64,000 nucleotides of DNA from Nitrospirota bacterium. GTDB taxonomy: Bacteria > Nitrospirota > Nitrospiria > Nitrospirales > Nitrospiraceae. Positions 21,353 to 29,794 of this stretch are shown in pieces. The position numbers and the translations under genes were made by a program. The notes under the pieces are model-generated. The model saw only the letters and a list, made by a program, of their open reading frames with translations, was not told where the DNA came from and made no database searches. The stretch's first letter is position 1, and each line of letters opens with the position of its first letter. The stretch covers positions 960 to 64,959 of the forward strand of contig JBEGVJ010000018.1 in NCBI GenBank assembly GCA_041178465.1. The letters are read 5' to 3'.

Positions 21353-23080
21353 ATGAGCGACGAACAGAGCGGGCGGCCACTGTTAGGCGCGATTCTCGAA
21401 GAAAAATTTGGTTTATCCGAAGCCAAATTGCTTGAGGCGATTAATATTCAAGGGACCAAGGGAGGGCGCCTGGGAGAGATCTTGGTCCGACTCAGGGCGA
21501 TTACTGACGATCAACTGCTCCAAGCGCTTGCCGTTCAATTTGACCTTCCCTGGCTTCTGCACCTTGATGTGAGCCAGGTCGACCATGAATGGGTCAAGAA
21601 AGTTCCGATCCATTTCGCGCGCCGGTATCACGTGCTTCCGCTCAAGGCGGAGGATGGAGTGGTGCTTGTGGCGACAACTGATCCTATGGAAACGGCGGCA
21701 TTGGACGACCTTCGGCTGCTGCTGGGGCTTCCAGTCAAACCGGTGCTGACGAGCAGCTTGTCGCTCCTGGCCTGTCTGAATCGTGTGTACGATGAAGCGG
21801 CGAGTCCTGCCGGCGCCGAGCAAGTCATGGAGGATATTGCGGCCAGTGAGAGCCTGGACCAAATTGCCCACGAGCTGGATGAACCGCAAGATCTCCTCGA
21901 TGCCACAGACGAAGCCCCTATCATTCGGCTGGTCAACTCCGTGCTGTTCCAAGCAGTCCGGCAGCGAGCCAGTGATATCCATTTCGAATCGTTCGAGCGG
22001 GGGCTGGTCGTTCGGTATCGCATCGACGGGGTGCTCTATCCCGTCTTAACTCCGCCCAAACATCTGCAGGCCAGTATCATCGCGCGATTGAAGATCATGG
22101 CAGGTTTGAATATCGCGGAAAAGCGATTGCCGCAGGATGGCCGATTTCGGATCAGGACGGCGGGAAAGGATGTCGATCTGCGTGTCTCGGTGCTGCCGAC
22201 CTCGCATGGCGAGCGGGTGGTCCTGCGTCTGCTAGAGAAAGAGAACCGTCTCTTGAATCTGTCGGAGATGGGGTTTTCGAAGGATCGATTGGGGATCATT
22301 CAGCAGTTGATCCAATTGTCACACGGCATCATTCTGGTGACTGGGCCGACCGGGAGCGGGAAGACGACCACCCTCTATGCGGCGTTAAGTCAGATCAATG
22401 CGCCGGACAAAAACATCATTACCGTCGAGGATCCGGTGGAATATCAGTTGCTCGGCGTGGGCCAGATGCAAGTGAACCCCAAGATCAACTTGACGTTTGC
22501 CGCAGGGCTGCGGTCGATTCTCAGGCAAGATCCCGACGTCATCATGATCGGCGAAATCCGCGACCGGGAAACGGCTGAAATTGCCATTCACGCATCGCTC
22601 ACAGGGCACTTGGTCTTTTCCACGCTTCACACCAACGATGCGGCAAGCGCGGCCACCAGATTAATCGACATGGGCATCGAACCGTTTCTCGTCGCCTCCT
22701 CGGTCGTAGCCGTCTTAGCGCAACGGTTGCTGCGGCAAATCTGTTCGGAGTGCAAGCAGCCGTATCAGCCAGCCGACGAAGAACTGATCAGGCTCGGTAT
22801 CGTTCCGCCGAGGGTGCGCCCCACATTCTATCGAGGAGCCGGGTGCCCAGCCTGTTCCCAGACCGGCTATCGAGGCCGGACAGGAATTTTTGAGCTGCTC
22901 GTGTTGGACGACGAAATCCGCCGCCTCATCGGCAGCAAGGCGGACTCGGCAGCGATTCGTCAAGCGGCGATTGCCAAGGGGATGGTGACACTGAAAGATG
23001 AAGGCGCAGAGAAGGTGTTTCACGGAGTGACCACAACCGAAGAGCTGATGCGAATTACCCAGCAAGAAGTCGAGATTTAG
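21353..23080 (+). CDS. gspE: Type II secretion ATPase GspE
   Basis: ORF track 21293..23080. Walker A GPTGSGKTTT is present, and the tetracysteine motif is CSECK...CPACSQTG. I place the start at MSDEQSG. Confidence 0.9.
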   Translation: MSDEQSGRPLLGAILEEKFGLSEAKLLEAINIQGTKGGRLGEILVRLRAITDDQLLQALAVQFDLPWLLHLDVSQVDHEWVKKVPIHFARRYHVLPLKAEDGVVLVATTDPMETAALDDLRLLLGLPVKPVLTSSLSLLACLNRVYDEAASPAGAEQVMEDIAASESLDQIAHELDEPQDLLDATDEAPIIRLVNSVLFQAVRQRASDIHFESFERGLVVRYRIDGVLYPVLTPPKHLQASIIARLKIMAGLNIAEKRLPQDGRFRIRTAGKDVDLRVSVLPTSHGERVVLRLLEKENRLLNLSEMGFSKDRLGIIQQLIQLSHGIILVTGPTGSGKTTTLYAALSQINAPDKNIITVEDPVEYQLLGVGQMQVNPKINLTFAAGLRSILRQDPDVIMIGEIRDRETAEIAIHASLTGHLVFSTLHTNDAASAATRLIDMGIEPFLVASSVVAVLAQRLLRQICSECKQPYQPADEELIRLGIVPPRVRPTFYRGAGCPACSQTGYRGRTGIFELLVLDDEIRRLIGSKADSAAIRQAAIAKGMVTLKDEGAEKVFHGVTTTEELMRITQQEVEI

Positions 23081-23084
23081 CAGG

Positions 23085-24323
23085 ATGCCCGTCTATCATT
23101 ACAAAGGTTATCGAAACGACGGCGAGGCCGCAACCGGCATCATCGATGCCGAGAGTCCAAAGGTTGCCCGCGTGAAATTGCGGAAAGTCGGTGTGTTTCC
23201 CACCGATATGGTGGAACAGGGTCTTGCGACGGCTGGTTCGATCGCGGGGACTTCGAGCAGATCCTCCAGTGGAATCGGCCGCTCCCCTGCCCTCAGTACG
23301 ACCGATGTGGCGATGATGACTCGACAGTTGGCGACATTGCTGGTGGCAGGCCTCCCGCTGGTCGAGGCGCTCGGGGTGATGGTGGATCAAACTGAGAAGA
23401 AATCGGTGAAGAGCCTCATGGCCGATATCCGCGAGGAAATTCGTGGAGGCGCCTCCTATAGCGCAGTGCTGGAGCGCTATCCGCGAGAGTTCTCTCAGAT
23501 CTACGTGCATATGGTGCGAGCCGGTGAAGCCAGCGGCGCGTTGGATCAGATCTTATTCCGCCTCGCAGAGTTTCTGGAGAAACAGTTGGCGCTCAAGCAT
23601 AAGGTGACGAATGCCATTCTCTATCCCGCCTTGATGTTGATCGTCGGGGTTTCGGTGCTCTTTTTTCTCATGACCTTTGTTGTGCCGAAAATCACCGCCG
23701 TTTTCACGAGTTTGAAACAGGCCCTCCCCTGGCCTACCGTCGTCCTGATGAGCATCAGCCATTTCCTGGCAGACTATTGGATTGTGATCTTAGGAGCGGT
23801 GGGTCTGATGGTATGGGCGGTGCGTAGAGCGATGAAGACGGACGCGGGGCATGTCACGGCCGACCGGTGGCTGCTCAAAGTCCCGCTCATCGGCGAGGTC
23901 GCCAGGATGGTCGCCATCTCGCGGCTCACGAGCACGCTGGCCACCATGTTGGCCAGCGGCGTGCAGCTGTTGGATGCCATGGAGGTCGCCAAGCGCGTCA
24001 TGAACAATCGGGTGCTGGAACATGCGGTGGAGGGGGCCAGACAGAATATCCGCGAAGGGGAAACGATTGCCGAACCGTTAAGGCGCAGCGGAGAATTTCC
24101 TGCGCTAGTCACCCACATGATTGCAGTCGGTGAGCGGAGCGGTGAAATGGAGGAGATGCTGCGTCGAATCGGACAAATTTATGACGGAGAAGTGGATCGA
24201 GTCATTACGCGGTTCACGTCGTTGCTGGAGCCCATCATGATTTTGATCATGGGCGTCTTGGTATTTTTTATCGTAGTCGCCATTCTGCTGCCGATCTTTG
24301 AGATGGGACAGATGGTGCGGTGA
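23085..24323 (+). CDS. gspF: Type II secretion inner-membrane platform protein GspF
   Basis: ORF track 412 aa. Duplicated T2SF-type domains, located directly after gspE. Confidence 0.9.
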   Translation: MPVYHYKGYRNDGEAATGIIDAESPKVARVKLRKVGVFPTDMVEQGLATAGSIAGTSSRSSSGIGRSPALSTTDVAMMTRQLATLLVAGLPLVEALGVMVDQTEKKSVKSLMADIREEIRGGASYSAVLERYPREFSQIYVHMVRAGEASGALDQILFRLAEFLEKQLALKHKVTNAILYPALMLIVGVSVLFFLMTFVVPKITAVFTSLKQALPWPTVVLMSISHFLADYWIVILGAVGLMVWAVRRAMKTDAGHVTADRWLLKVPLIGEVARMVAISRLTSTLATMLASGVQLLDAMEVAKRVMNNRVLEHAVEGARQNIREGETIAEPLRRSGEFPALVTHMIAVGERSGEMEEMLRRIGQIYDGEVDRVITRFTSLLEPIMILIMGVLVFFIVVAILLPIFEMGQMVR

Positions 24324-24484
24324 CGGCAGTGATCAGTGAACGGTGATGAGTGATGCGGTTGAAGGGAAAGGGAGGTATTCGATGAGCGGAAGAGAGCCGG
24401 TCGAGAGTGCGTGGACGATGTGGGGAAGGAAGCGCAGGTGCCCAAGTTCCCACTCATCACCCATCACCCATTACCCATCACGCC
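24319..24484. repeat. Inverted-arm element built of GTGA(T/C) / (A/G)TCAC words between gspF and mature gspG
   Basis: Left arm 24319..24355 and right arm 24449..24484. The perfect core is GGTGATGAGTG (24342..24352) paired with CACTCATCACC (24451..24461). The arms resemble those at 62622..62727. Confidence 0.7.
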
Positions 24485-24921
24485 ATATTCTCCGCAGCGA
24501 ACGTGGGTTCACGTTTATCGAGATCATGGTCGTGGTGGCCATTCTCGCGATCCTCGCGGCGTTGGTCGTCCCCCGCATTATGGGGCGAACCGATGATGCC
24601 AAGCGCACGGCGGCAAAAGTTCAAATCCGGAATATTGAGGGAGCCCTACAGCTCTACAAGCTCGACAACGGTGTGTACCCCTCGACTGAACAAGGATTGA
24701 AGGCCTTGGTCGAAAAACCTTCGGTCGGGGTGATCCCGAAGAAGTGGAAGATCGGCGGGTATATTCCCAAACTTCCGGAAGATCCTTGGGGAAACCCCTA
24801 CAAGTATCTGAGCCCCAGCCAGAAAGGCGATTACGAACTGATCTCTCTCGGGACCGATGGCGAAGTGGGCGGCGAAGGGATCAATGCCGATATTGCCAAT
24901 TGGAATCTGGACAAGGACTAG
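24382..24921 (+). CDS. gspG: Major pseudopilin GspG with an unusually long predicted leader
   Basis: ORF track 24343..24921. The class III signal cleavage context is SERG/FTFIEIMVVVAILAIL. The only in-frame ATG/GTG/TTG starts lie at or upstream of 24418. ATG 24382 has the strong SD AAGGGAGG. Confidence 0.85.
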   Translation: MSGREPVESAWTMWGRKRRCPSSHSSPITHYPSRHILRSERGFTFIEIMVVVAILAILAALVVPRIMGRTDDAKRTAAKVQIRNIEGALQLYKLDNGVYPSTEQGLKALVEKPSVGVIPKKWKIGGYIPKLPEDPWGNPYKYLSPSQKGDYELISLGTDGEVGGEGINADIANWNLDKD

Positions 24922-24924
24922 AGG

Positions 24925-25563
24925 ATGCGGCAAGAGGCCAAGGGCAACGGGCGAGGGACGCGAGAGGCAGATCGCTGCCCTCCCCTCGCCTCGCGCCCTG
25001 AGCCTCGCGCCTGTCCGTCTACGGCCGGGTTCACCATCCTGGAAATCATCCTGGTGCTCTTTTTGCTCGTGGGCCTGCTGGGAATCGTCCTGCCTCGAAT
25101 TTCATTCGAAGAAAATTTAGGCTCTGTCGGCCGTCGAATGGTCGGAACGGTGCGATCCCTTCAGAGGTTGGCAATGTCAACGAGAAAACCGGTCCGCCTG
25201 TATATTGATGTGGATCGAGGGGTCTACTGGCCGGTGATCCTGGACGGGAATCAAGAAAAGGTGCCGACTGACGCCATCTGGGCCACACCGTTCAACCTTC
25301 CGGAAACCATTCGCTTTTCTGACATCCAGACGAGTCAGGGACGAAAAGATTCCGGTCGGATCGACCTGTTCTTCTACCCCACGGGACGAGTCGATCCGGT
25401 GACGATGCACTTGCTGGATACAAACAGCAATATTCTGGCCATTGCCATTGAGCCGGTTACCGGAGCGATCCGTATGAGCGACGAGCGGATTGAACCTCCC
25501 AGGCCGCTTGCGATTCCCGATCGCGTGCGACAGTTGTTGCAGACAGCTGCGGCAGTCAGATAA
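24925..25563 (+). CDS. gspH: Minor pseudopilin GspH-like
   Basis: ORF track 212 aa. The prepilin motif is STAG/FTILEIILVLF. The only in-frame start is ATG 24925 (AAGGA upstream), which gives a 35-aa leader. Confidence 0.75.
   Translation: MRQEAKGNGRGTREADRCPPLASRPEPRACPSTAGFTILEIILVLFLLVGLLGIVLPRISFEENLGSVGRRMVGTVRSLQRLAMSTRKPVRLYIDVDRGVYWPVILDGNQEKVPTDAIWATPFNLPETIRFSDIQTSQGRKDSGRIDLFFYPTGRVDPVTMHLLDTNSNILAIAIEPVTGAIRMSDERIEPPRPLAIPDRVRQLLQTAAAVR
24933..25010. repeat. Inverted-arm GC-rich word element (GCGAGG / CCTCGC words) inside the gspH 5' end
   Basis: The left arm agaggccaagggcaacgggcgagggacgcgagaggcag faces the right arm ctgccctcccctcgcctcgcgccctgagcctcgcgc. Complementarity is imperfect around the core GAGAGGCAG-atcg-CTGCCCTC. 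Confidence 0.55.
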
Positions 25564-25607
25564 CCAGAGCCATGGGTGTGAGCATCGTGTGTGCGCAGGA
25601 AGCTTGT

Positions 25608-26024
25608 ATGGGGAGTGAACGGGGTTTCACCCTGCTCGAAGTATTGATTGCGCTCGGCATTCTTGCGCTGGCGCTGCCGGTCTTGCTGGGACTTCGAAAT
25701 TGGGACCTCGACCTCCATGCGAGAGCCAATGAACTGACGACCGCCACGATCCTCGCGCAGGAAAAGTTAATCGAGACGGAGTTGGGGGAGCTGTTGCCCA
25801 TTGGAGAAACAGGCGGAGAGTTTCAAGCCATCCCTCTGGGATCTCAACCCACCGCTGAGCTCACGAATCGCCCGTCCAATTATCGATGGAAGAGGATTGT
25901 GTCTTCCACGCCCTTGCAAGTTGTGCGGGAAGTGAGGATTCAGGTTCTGTGGCCGCGAGGCACAACGGAAGAAATGGTCGAGGTCAGTACCTATGTCTTT
26001 TCAGCAAGCTCCACCTCGCGGTGA
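25608..26024 (+). CDS. gspI: Minor pseudopilin GspI
   Basis: ORF track 25572..26024. An internal start MGSERG/FTLLEVLIAL (ATG 25608, AGGAAG upstream) gives a canonical short prepilin leader. Confidence 0.8.
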   Translation: MGSERGFTLLEVLIALGILALALPVLLGLRNWDLDLHARANELTTATILAQEKLIETELGELLPIGETGGEFQAIPLGSQPTAELTNRPSNYRWKRIVSSTPLQVVREVRIQVLWPRGTTEEMVEVSTYVFSASSTSR

Positions 26025-26616
26025 AGGCGGCTTTACCCTGGTCGAGGTTCTGCTGGCGGTGTCTCTGGTCGCCATGATGGCCACCTTGCTCTTTGGGTCC
26101 CTCTACGTCACGACGAGTGCAATCGATGCAGCCCGTGCAAACTCGGCCAATGAGCAGATCGTTCGCAGTACCCTGCGTGTCATGATCGATGAATTGTCGG
26201 TCGGTGTGGGGTCTGCAACCGGGCCTTGGATGGGGATCAACGGCCAGCAGGACGGTCGGCCGGCCGATTCAGTGGCATTTCTCACCATGGGCCAGTTTCG
26301 GGGGGTGGAATCGGCTGCGGATACAGAGCTGGTTCGTATCGTCTATACCAGAGAAGGCGATCGCCTTCTCCGGTTCGTGCGAAGAAATCTCTATGGCCTG
26401 ACAGATGACTCCATCGAGCAAGTCGAGCTGGCCACCAAAGTCAAAGGGTTCAACCTGCGCTATTATGACGGCACGAACAATCTCTGGGTCGATGAATGGA
26501 ATGGTCGTGGACGATCCAGCACTCCCACAGCGCTCTTGATCGAGCTGACGGTGCTTCAAGAAAATGCGGAGGTTCAGACCATCCGCCAATGGGTGGCAGT
26601 GGGGGCCTCATCATGA
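25993..26616 (+). CDS. gspJ: Minor pseudopilin GspJ
   Basis: ORF track 207 aa. The prepilin motif is GEGG/FTLVEVLLAV. Its position follows gspI. Confidence 0.8.
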   Translation: MSFQQAPPRGEGGFTLVEVLLAVSLVAMMATLLFGSLYVTTSAIDAARANSANEQIVRSTLRVMIDELSVGVGSATGPWMGINGQQDGRPADSVAFLTMGQFRGVESAADTELVRIVYTREGDRLLRFVRRNLYGLTDDSIEQVELATKVKGFNLRYYDGTNNLWVDEWNGRGRSSTPTALLIELTVLQENAEVQTIRQWVAVGASS

Positions 26617-27509
26617 CATGGCCGTTCGCCTGGCGTGAGAACCTAAAGCTGAGCGGCTTTCTTGGCTGGGGGTTGGCATCGCTGGCTTGCTTCATCATTT
26701 TTCTGTTCCTGACCTTTCCCTATGGTCTACTCCAGAACCGTCTGTTGAGCGAGTTCAATCGGGCAAGTGGATGGGAGATTCGCGCCGGGGATTGGTCGGC
26801 AGGCCTTCCGATGGCCATCGAGTGGCGCGATCTCGTCCTCGCGGGACCGATGGGGGTAATTCCCATTGACGCCGCGCGGACAACAATTGCAGTCTTTCAG
26901 TCGCTTTTCGGGCGACTGGTGGTAGACTATGCCATCCAGTTACCAGGCGCGGCGCACGCAGGTGCTGGACGAGCCACAGGATCTCTGACTGCAGCTTCGT
27001 GGTCGTTGAAAGGCCCTGTCGTACTCAAAGGCCATCTCCAGCAGATGGATCTTGCACCGCTTCTGAAGCCCTATGTGACGGGAGGGATGGTGCAGGGAGA
27101 TTTCATGCATCGATGGGACAGCACGCAAGGCGCCAATGCCGCGCTTAATGGAGAAGGGACCGTAAAGGTCGAAATGAAGGATCTTGTTGTAGAACGGATG
27201 GCTGCCGGCACGTCCTCGGTTCCGTCTCTGACGTTCAGCCGAATACAGGTCGCGGTCGCCTGCCGGGATGCGGCATGCGACGTGACGGAGTTGAAGGGAG
27301 ACGGCGCGGATGGCTCAGTGACGGCTCAGGGACGTGTGACGTTGCGGCAGCCGTTTCAACAGAGCCTTCTGGATCTCACCGTCACCGTGGTTCCCGGTGC
27401 AGGGTTTGCCAGAAAAGCCGCAAGCCTCTCGTTGCCGCCGTTCCAGCCAGGAGCCCCCGTCACGTTCAAGCTGGTAGGGCCGATCATGAGTCCGAAAGTG
27501 GCACTCTAA
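26613..27509 (+). CDS. gspN: GspN-like type II secretion protein
   Basis: ORF track 26496..27509. I place the start at ATG 26613, which overlaps the gspJ stop (ATGA). It has an N-terminal TM segment, and its size and position fit T2SS protein N. Confidence 0.55.
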   Translation: MTWPFAWRENLKLSGFLGWGLASLACFIIFLFLTFPYGLLQNRLLSEFNRASGWEIRAGDWSAGLPMAIEWRDLVLAGPMGVIPIDAARTTIAVFQSLFGRLVVDYAIQLPGAAHAGAGRATGSLTAASWSLKGPVVLKGHLQQMDLAPLLKPYVTGGMVQGDFMHRWDSTQGANAALNGEGTVKVEMKDLVVERMAAGTSSVPSLTFSRIQVAVACRDAACDVTELKGDGADGSVTAQGRVTLRQPFQQSLLDLTVTVVPGAGFARKAASLSLPPFQPGAPVTFKLVGPIMSPKVAL

Positions 27510-27514
27510 CAAAC

Positions 27515-27626
27515 GGCGGGACGCGCGAGAAAGGCGGGACATGCGAGACGGACACGATACGCGTAGATCGTTGCTCCAACCAATTTCGATGGTCTTTTGC
27601 GTCTCGCGTTTCTCACCAGTCCCGCG
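27515..27626. repeat. Inverted-arm word element (GGGAC/GCGAGA words) between gspN and gspL
   Basis: The left arm ggcgggacgcgcgagaaaggcgggacatgcgagacgg faces the right arm gcgtctcgcgtttctcaccagtcccgcg. Shared complementary blocks are GCGGGAC, GAGAAA and GCGAGACG. Confidence 0.55.
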
Positions 27627-27674
27627 AAAATCTCAGCCGAGAACGATGAGGATGAGGAGCGAAGAGCGTTGTCG

Positions 27675-29249
27675 ATGATTGCTGAATGTGTCGGACTCGA
27701 TATCGGACAGACGGCCTTCAAAGCCGTGCGGTTTCGCCGCCGTCTGACCGGACGCGAGTCGGTGGAGTATTTCCACCTTCCTGTCCCGTATGGACGCCGG
27801 GAGCAAACGGAGCCGGCGCATCGCGCAGCCATGTTGAGAAACTTCCTCTGGCAGCATGGGTTGTATGGCAGCGGAGAGATCGTCACCGCGCTCTCGTGCC
27901 AGGATGTGTTTGTCAGGACCCTCTCTTTCCCCTTTCGCGATGCCTCTAAGCTGGCCCAAGTCGTTCCGTTTGAAATGGAAAATCTCATTCCCATGCCCTT
28001 GGAGGATGTCACGGTCGGCAGTTTGTTGCTGCCGGCGCGGGAATCCCAGGATGGGGCCGCGAAAACCAAAGGGGCCGACGTCCTTGTGACCGCAGCGCCT
28101 AAAGATAAAATCGCTGAACATATGCGGTTTATGGCTTCCGCCGATCTGAGTCCTTCTGCAATCACGATTGATGGCATGGCCCTATTTTCGGTCAGCCAAT
28201 TTCTGAAAGAGGAAGGAGCTCAGGTCCCTGGCGACATGGCGATTATCGATGTCGGCGCTTCGAAGACAACCTTGTGCCTTGTGCAGGAAGGTCGTCCGGT
28301 GCTGTTGCGGACCGTGCTGTGGGGCGGGAATCACCTGACCCACGCCCTCGCCGTTCGGTATGCCTGCAGCTTTGCCGAAGCGGAGCGACGGAAGCGGACC
28401 ATGGCCGTGCAAGAAGTCGATGCCTGGCTCAAACCGGTCCTCAAGGAATTGCGCGTATCCCTCCATGCGTATGAAGGCACCGTGCATCAACGGTTGACCC
28501 ATTGTTGGGTGTCGGGTGGCGGCTCTAAATTGAAAGAACTGAGCGGGTATATGGCGCATCAACTGGGGTTGCTTCCGGTCGGTCCTCGCCAAGGATTTGG
28601 ATCGAACTGCCCGCGTGCGTTTTCCATCGCCTTCGGCTTATCGATCAATCCCAAAATCGTCCGGCCCCGCTGGAAGGCGAGGCTGGCTGGATCAGATCTC
28701 ACCCTGGATTTCAAGGCCGGCAGCGATGCCGCGTTGGCCACGCCGGACACGGCAAGGCAGGATCGACGGTTGGCCTTGTGGGGTGGACTGATACTGGGTC
28801 TCCTGGCACTGATGGATCTCTCCGTGCGCGTGATGCTGAAAGACTCGACGGTCAAGGATCTCAAGCGAGGGCTCCAGGCTCAGTACGAGCAAACATTTGG
28901 TCCTGGCGCCAGCTCGGGTGAGGAGTTGGACCAGGCGCGGTATCGAGTCTCGCAGCTGGAGAAAGGGCTCTCGGTTGTCGACGGCACAGGCTACCATGTC
29001 CTTGCCAGCCTGACCGAACTGGTGAAACATGTGCCGCCTGGCGTACCGTTGAAAGTACGCGAGCTGACGATCGACGGGACCAGTATTCATCTGGAGGGGG
29101 AAACGACGACGTTCGATGCGGTTGAAAAAATCAAGCAGGCCTTCATGACCGCCCAGCTTTTTCGCGACGTGTCTATCAGCGATACCCATGTCGGGGCTGT
29201 GCCGAACCAAGTGGTGTTTCGTCTCACCTATACGGTGCAACGGCCATGA
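27675..29249 (+). CDS. gspL: GspL-like assembly protein (PilM-type actin-like ATPase domain fused to a TM segment and PilN/GspL-type periplasmic domain)
   Basis: ORF track 27597..29249. The N-terminus VGLDIGQTAFKAV plus IIDVGASKTTL is PilM-like. A TM segment LALWGGLILGLLALMDL follows. The start is uncertain; I use ATG 27675. Confidence 0.7.
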   Translation: MIAECVGLDIGQTAFKAVRFRRRLTGRESVEYFHLPVPYGRREQTEPAHRAAMLRNFLWQHGLYGSGEIVTALSCQDVFVRTLSFPFRDASKLAQVVPFEMENLIPMPLEDVTVGSLLLPARESQDGAAKTKGADVLVTAAPKDKIAEHMRFMASADLSPSAITIDGMALFSVSQFLKEEGAQVPGDMAIIDVGASKTTLCLVQEGRPVLLRTVLWGGNHLTHALAVRYACSFAEAERRKRTMAVQEVDAWLKPVLKELRVSLHAYEGTVHQRLTHCWVSGGGSKLKELSGYMAHQLGLLPVGPRQGFGSNCPRAFSIAFGLSINPKIVRPRWKARLAGSDLTLDFKAGSDAALATPDTARQDRRLALWGGLILGLLALMDLSVRVMLKDSTVKDLKRGLQAQYEQTFGPGASSGEELDQARYRVSQLEKGLSVVDGTGYHVLASLTELVKHVPPGVPLKVRELTIDGTSIHLEGETTTFDAVEKIKQAFMTAQLFRDVSISDTHVGAVPNQVVFRLTYTVQRP

Positions 29250-29794
29250 TGCAGATGCTGAAAGAACGGTGGCAACAGTTCTCCCAACGCGAACGCACCA
29301 TCGTGGCTGCTGGCGGGGCCGTGGTCGCCGCAGCGCTCGTCTTTCTGGTGGTCATCGATCCGCTCATGGCGACGCTCGACAAACTCGATCGCCAAGCGCG
29401 CCGGAAAACGAAAGACAGCCAGGAGCTCGCGCTCGTGGCGCAGGAGTACGTGGCCAAGCAGGCCCGCCTCGCCAAGCTCGAACAACGCATGCCAAGTGCG
29501 GCGGCCCAGTTTTCGCTGCTGGCGTTCATGGAGGAAGCCGCGACGACGGCGCAGATTCGCGATCGTATCGTCGGCCTGCAGCCGCAGGCCCCCGTTGTCG
29601 TTCAGGGTTATCAGGAGACCGCGGTCGACCTTCGGCTCGACGGCGTGTCGCTTCCCCAGATTCTCGCGTTGCTGGTGGCGATCGAACAGGCCCCCTATGA
29701 CGTGCAGGTGCATCATCTGCAAATGAAACCGAAATACGATAATCCGGTCAATCTCGACGCCACGCTGAGAATCGTGACCCATGCGAAGGTCTGA
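29246..29794 (+). CDS. gspM: GspM-like type II secretion protein
   Basis: ORF track 182 aa. Its start overlaps the gspL stop (ATGA). It has a single N-terminal TM segment and a GspM-like size. Confidence 0.65.
   Translation: MMQMLKERWQQFSQRERTIVAAGGAVVAAALVFLVVIDPLMATLDKLDRQARRKTKDSQELALVAQEYVAKQARLAKLEQRMPSAAAQFSLLAFMEEAATTAQIRDRIVGLQPQAPVVVQGYQETAVDLRLDGVSLPQILALLVAIEQAPYDVQVHHLQMKPKYDNPVNLDATLRIVTHAKV

Noticed and set aside
24343-24381. Most upstream start (24343) for gspG
   Set aside because: ATG 24382 has a strong AAGGGAGG SD at correct spacing. The 24343 start lies inside the left hairpin arm, 20 nt after the gspF stop, without an SD.
24319-24484. GTGAT/TCAC word runs, and the similar elements at 24933, 27515 and 62622, as a degenerate CRISPR array or tandem-repeat locus
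   Set aside because: The units are only 6-7 nt and have no spacers of unique sequence. The two halves are mutually complementary and so form inverted arms. No cas genes are nearby.
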